From Eubacteriales bacterium (GTDB taxonomy: Bacteria; Bacillota; Clostridia; Oscillospirales; CAG-272): 26,502 nucleotides of DNA. The translations under genes and the position numbers were made by a program. The DNA lies in the NCBI GenBank assembly GCA_045546635.1, contig JAZQDF010000034.1, forward strand, positions 1 through 26,502, read 5' to 3'. The number at the start of each line of letters is the position of its first letter. Position 1 is the stretch's first letter. Below are positions 22,985 through 26,502 of this stretch, in pieces. The notes beneath the pieces were generated by a model. The model ran no database searches and was not told the origin of the DNA. It saw only the letters and a list, made by a program, of their open reading frames with translations.

Positions 22985-25629
22985 TCAGATATTCGCAAGA
23001 ATTTCCTCTGCCTTAGCAAGTGCCTCGGATATCTTGTCGATATCACGGCCGCCGCCCATTGCAGAGTCGGGACGTCCGCCACCCTTACCGCCGCAGATAG
23101 CTCTACCTCGCGGAGAATATTGCCTGCGTGAGCACCTGCACGAACGGCGTCGGCACCTGCAGCAACCACGAAGCTGAGCTTACCGTCGGCAACCGCCGCG
23201 AATACCGCAACAGCATCAGAGTACTTATCCTTAACCGAGTCGGAAAGACCGCGTGCCTGGTCGGGACGCATATCAACGCGAGCAGCAAGGAGTCTGAATT
23301 TACCAACCGTCTTGATACCCGAGAGAAGAGCCTCTGCCTTCGCATTTGCGATCTGGGAGTTAGCAGAGTCAAGCTCACGCTTCAGCTCCTTGATCTCATT
23401 CTGAAGAGCCTCTGCCTTCTTTGCAATACCGCTGACGTTGGGAGACTTAAGCTCTCTTGCAGTATCGTGAATAAGTGCATCTCTCTCAGCAAGAAGCTCC
23501 AGCACGCCATAGCCTGTGGTACCCTCAATACGTCTTACGCCTGCTGCAACCGAGGACTCGGAAATAATCTTGAACAGACCGATATTACCCGTGTTGGAAA
23601 CGTGGGTACCTCCGCAAAGCTCGGTGGATGTGCGACCAATCTTTACAACCCTAACGCTGTCGCCGTACTTTTCACCAAAGAGAGCCATTGCACCCATCTT
23701 CTTCGCCTCGTCGGGTGTGGTCACGATGGTTTCGCAATCCTGGGCCTCGAGAATTGCAAAATTGACAGACATCTCTACAGCCTTAATTTCTTCGGGAGTC
23801 ATAGCAGCAAGGTGGGTGAAGTCAAAACGAACTCTATGCTCGTCAACGTAAGAGCCTGCCTGCTCAACGTGAGTACCGAGCACAGAACGGAGAGCCGCCT
23901 GAAGCAGGTGAGCCGCAGAGTGATTTCTTGCGATTGCATCTCGACGGCAAACGTCGAAGAGAAGGGTCACCTCGTCACCAACCTTAACAGAACCGTTGTC
24001 AACCTGGCACTGATGAAGGTAAATGCCGTTTGTCTTCTTTGTATCAAGAACTGTAAGCTTTGTATCGCCAAGAAGGATCAAGCCAGTGTCACCAACCTGA
24101 CCGCCGCCCTCGCCGTAGAATACGGTCTTATCGGTAACTACTGTACATTCGCCCTCGGAGACAGACTCTACAGCCTCGTTATCAACAAAGATAGAGAGGA
24201 TCTTGCCCTTACACTCACACTCGGTGTGGCTCCAAGGATTATGCTTTACGTAACCGAGGAACTCGGTTGCGGGAAGGTTTTCAAGCAGGGACTTGGAGGA
24301 GTCCGACCAGCCGGAGATATTACCTCTTGCTGCTCTTGCACGCTGCTTTTGCTCGTCCATCAGAGTCTTGAAGGCATCCTCGTCAATAGAGAGACCTGCC
24401 TCCTCCGCAATCTCGCGGGTGAGGTCAACGGGGAAGCCGAAGGTATCGTAAAGCTTGAATGCATCAGCACCCGAAAGCCTGCTCTCGCCCTTTGCCCTTG
24501 CATCGGCAATAATTCCGTTAAGAATACCAAGACCTGCGTCGATGGTAGCGTTAAATCTCTCCTCCTCAAGAGTCATAACTTTAAGGATATAGTCGTGCTT
24601 TGTCTTAAGCTCGGGATATGCACCCTCGTTCTGAGAGATAACGATCTCACAAAGGCCGCGAAGGAACATACCGTTTATGCCGAGAAGCTTACCGTGACGG
24701 CAGGCACGGCGGATAATTCTACGAAGAACGTAGCCGCGTCCCTCGTTGGAGGGGATAACGCCGTCAGAGATCATAAAGGTGGCCGATCTTACGTGGTCGG
24801 TGATAACACGGATAGAAACGTCGTTATTATGCTCGGCACCGTAGGTCTTGCCGGCGATCTCACAAACGCGGTCAAGAAGAGCACGAACGGTATCAACCTC
24901 AAAGAGGTTGCCAACGCCCTGCATTACGCAGGCAAGACGCTCGAGTCCCATACCCGTATCGATATTCTTCTGAGCAAGCTCTGTATAATTGCCCTTGCCG
25001 TCGTTGTTGAACTGGGAGAATACGTTATTCCAGATCTCCATAAATCTGTCACAGTCACAGCCGGGCTTACAGTCGGGGCTGCCGCAGCCGAACTTCTCGC
25101 CGCGGTCAAAGTAGATCTCAGAGCAGGGGCCGCAGGGACCTGAGCCGTGCTCCCAGAAGTTATCAGCCTTACCGAGTTTGACAATATGAGCCTCGGGCAC
25201 GCCGATCTTGTCACGCCAGATGGTATACGCCTCGTCATCCTGCTCGTAAACCGAGGGCCAGAGAAGATCTGCAGGGATCTCAAGAGTATCGGTAAGGAAC
25301 TCCCACGCCCAGGCAATAGCCTCCTCCTTGAAGTAATCTCCGAAGGAGAAGTTACCCAGCATCTCGAAATATGTGCCGTGGCGTGCGGTGTGGCCTACTC
25401 TCTCAAGGTCGGGAGTACGGATACATTTCTGGCAGGTGCAGACTCTGTTTCTGGGAGGCTGCTCCTCACCCGTGAAGAACTTCTTCATAGGTGCCATACC
25501 CGAGTTGATAAGAAGCAGGGATTTATCGTTATTGGGGATAAGCGAGAAGGAAGGGAGTCTGATGTGTCCCTTGCTCTCGAAGAATGAAAGATATTTTTCT
25601 CTTAAATCGTTAAGTGACGTCCATTTCAT
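22985..25629 (-). CDS. alaS: Alanine--tRNA ligase, with an apparent 1-nt deletion at ~23102-23103
   Basis: LLLINSGMAPMK, QKCIR, RHGTYFEMLGNFSFGDYFK, IDTGMGLER, editing motifs HSAAHLL and ELCGGTHV. The canonical GGKGGGRPD tail is in another frame ending at TGA 22985. Confidence 0.97.
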
Positions 25630-25662
25630 TGGAATTTTCTCCTAAAATTTATTAAACACTTA

Positions 25663-25692
25663 ATTATATCACATAAAAAACGCTAAAGTCAA
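25663..25692 (-). promoter_or_regulatory. Sigma-A promoter of alaS
   Basis: TTGACT(25692-25687)-18-TATAAT(25668-25663) with TGn. Confidence 0.7.
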
Positions 25693-25734
25693 TACTAAAT
25701 AAATAAAAAGAAGCCCAACCTTATAATCTTTTCC

Positions 25735-25763
25735 TTGACGGCAGGGTAAAAAGATGGTATAAT
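25735..25763 (+). promoter_or_regulatory. Sigma-A promoter of the THUMP methyltransferase gene
   Basis: TTGACG(25735-25740)-17-TATAAT(25758-25763) with TGn. Confidence 0.8.
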
Positions 25764-25795
25764 TAGCAAAGAAAACATTCTATGGGAGAAATAAA

Positions 25796-26502
25796 ATGAA
25801 ACTTGAGCTTGTTGCGACCTGCCTTTTCGGTCTGGAACGCCTGCTGGGTGAGGAGATAGACACCCTGGGATACGAGCGTATATCCACCATCGACGGCAGA
25901 GTCACCTTTGCAGGTGACGAAGAGGCCGTTGCCCTGTCAAACATATTCCTTCGCTACGCCGAGCGTGTGTTTATCAAGCTTGGCTCCTTCCGTGCAGAAA
26001 GCTTCGAGGAGCTGTTCGAGGGTGTAAGACGGCTTAACTGGTCGGACTATATCGGCAAGAACGACGCCTTCCCCGTCAAGGGACACGCTATAAAATCAAA
26101 GCTGCATTCTATACCGGACTGTCAGGCTATTATCAAAAAAGCAGTGGTTCGCTCTATGTCACAGGTCTACGGTATAGATCAGTTCCCCGAAACAGGAGTC
26201 AAATACCAGATAGAGTTCTTTATCCTGAACGATGTAGCCACTCTGATGATAGACACCTCGGGAGTCGCTCTGCACAAGAGAGGTTACCGTAAGGATTCGC
26301 TCGGTGCACCTATAAGAGAGACCCTTGCAGCAGCAATTGCAGCAACCTCCCGTCCGAGAGAAAACGTACTTTTGTGGGATCCCATGTGTGGCAGTGGAAC
26401 AATTGCAATAGAGGCAGCAATGATTATGAAAAACATTGCCCCGGGACGTAACAGAAGGTTCGCAGGAGAGGATTTCGCTTTTATTGACAAAAAAATATGG
26501 CG
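25796..26502 (+). CDS. THUMP-domain class I SAM RNA methyltransferase (RlmL/YpsC-like), 3'-partial, absent from the ORF track
   Basis: Hand translation: MKLELVATCLFGLERLLGEEI...IDTSGVALHKRGYR...APIRETLAAA...LWDPMCGSGTIAIEAA. Runs off the window end. Confidence 0.92.
   Translation, partial: MKLELVATCLFGLERLLGEEIDTLGYERISTIDGRVTFAGDEEAVALSNIFLRYAERVFIKLGSFRAESFEELFEGVRRLNWSDYIGKNDAFPVKGHAIKSKLHSIPDCQAIIKKAVVRSMSQVYGIDQFPETGVKYQIEFFILNDVATLMIDTSGVALHKRGYRKDSLGAPIRETLAAAIAATSRPRENVLLWDPMCGSGTIAIEAAMIMKNIAPGRNRRFAGEDFAFIDKKIW

Noticed and set aside
23128-25143. 671-aa ORF on the + strand
   Set aside because: Antisense shadow of alaS with no RBS or recognisable motifs; long antisense frames arise from codon bias.

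Overview
Bacterial chromosomal window from a Bacillota (Clostridia-like) organism, judged from gene content, sigma-A promoters and AGGAG ribosome-binding sites. Housekeeping genes flank it: uvrC-rsmD-coaD and tRNA-Met/tRNA-Glu on the left, pepT, alaS and a THUMP/RlmL-type methyltransferase on the right. Between them lie four accessory blocks. (1) A hairpin-dense non-coding region after the tRNAs. (2) An AraC-linked glycan locus: a GH95 lipoprotein plus a non-catalytic lipoprotein that share a paralogous tandem discoidin/CBM32-like module. (3) An rsgA-GNAT pair behind an apparent leader-peptide attenuator, and a GtrA-GH5 pair. (4) A ~6.4 kb island (15103-21537) around a WYL-domain regulator. 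The strongest unexplained signal is an 18-bp pseudo-palindrome (TGTCCC-N6-[G/A/T]GGAC[A/G]) found four times in that island's intergenic DNA. At four promoters it sits exactly 10 nt upstream of a -10 box, in place of a -35 box. This suggests a WYL-activated regulon: a soluble FtsH-like protease, a degenerate SMC/ABC-like protein, a CX5R phosphatase and a Tudor/Cys-rich protein. alaS carries a 1-nt frameshift near its 3' end, probably a sequence error. All analysis was by eye; no searches were run.
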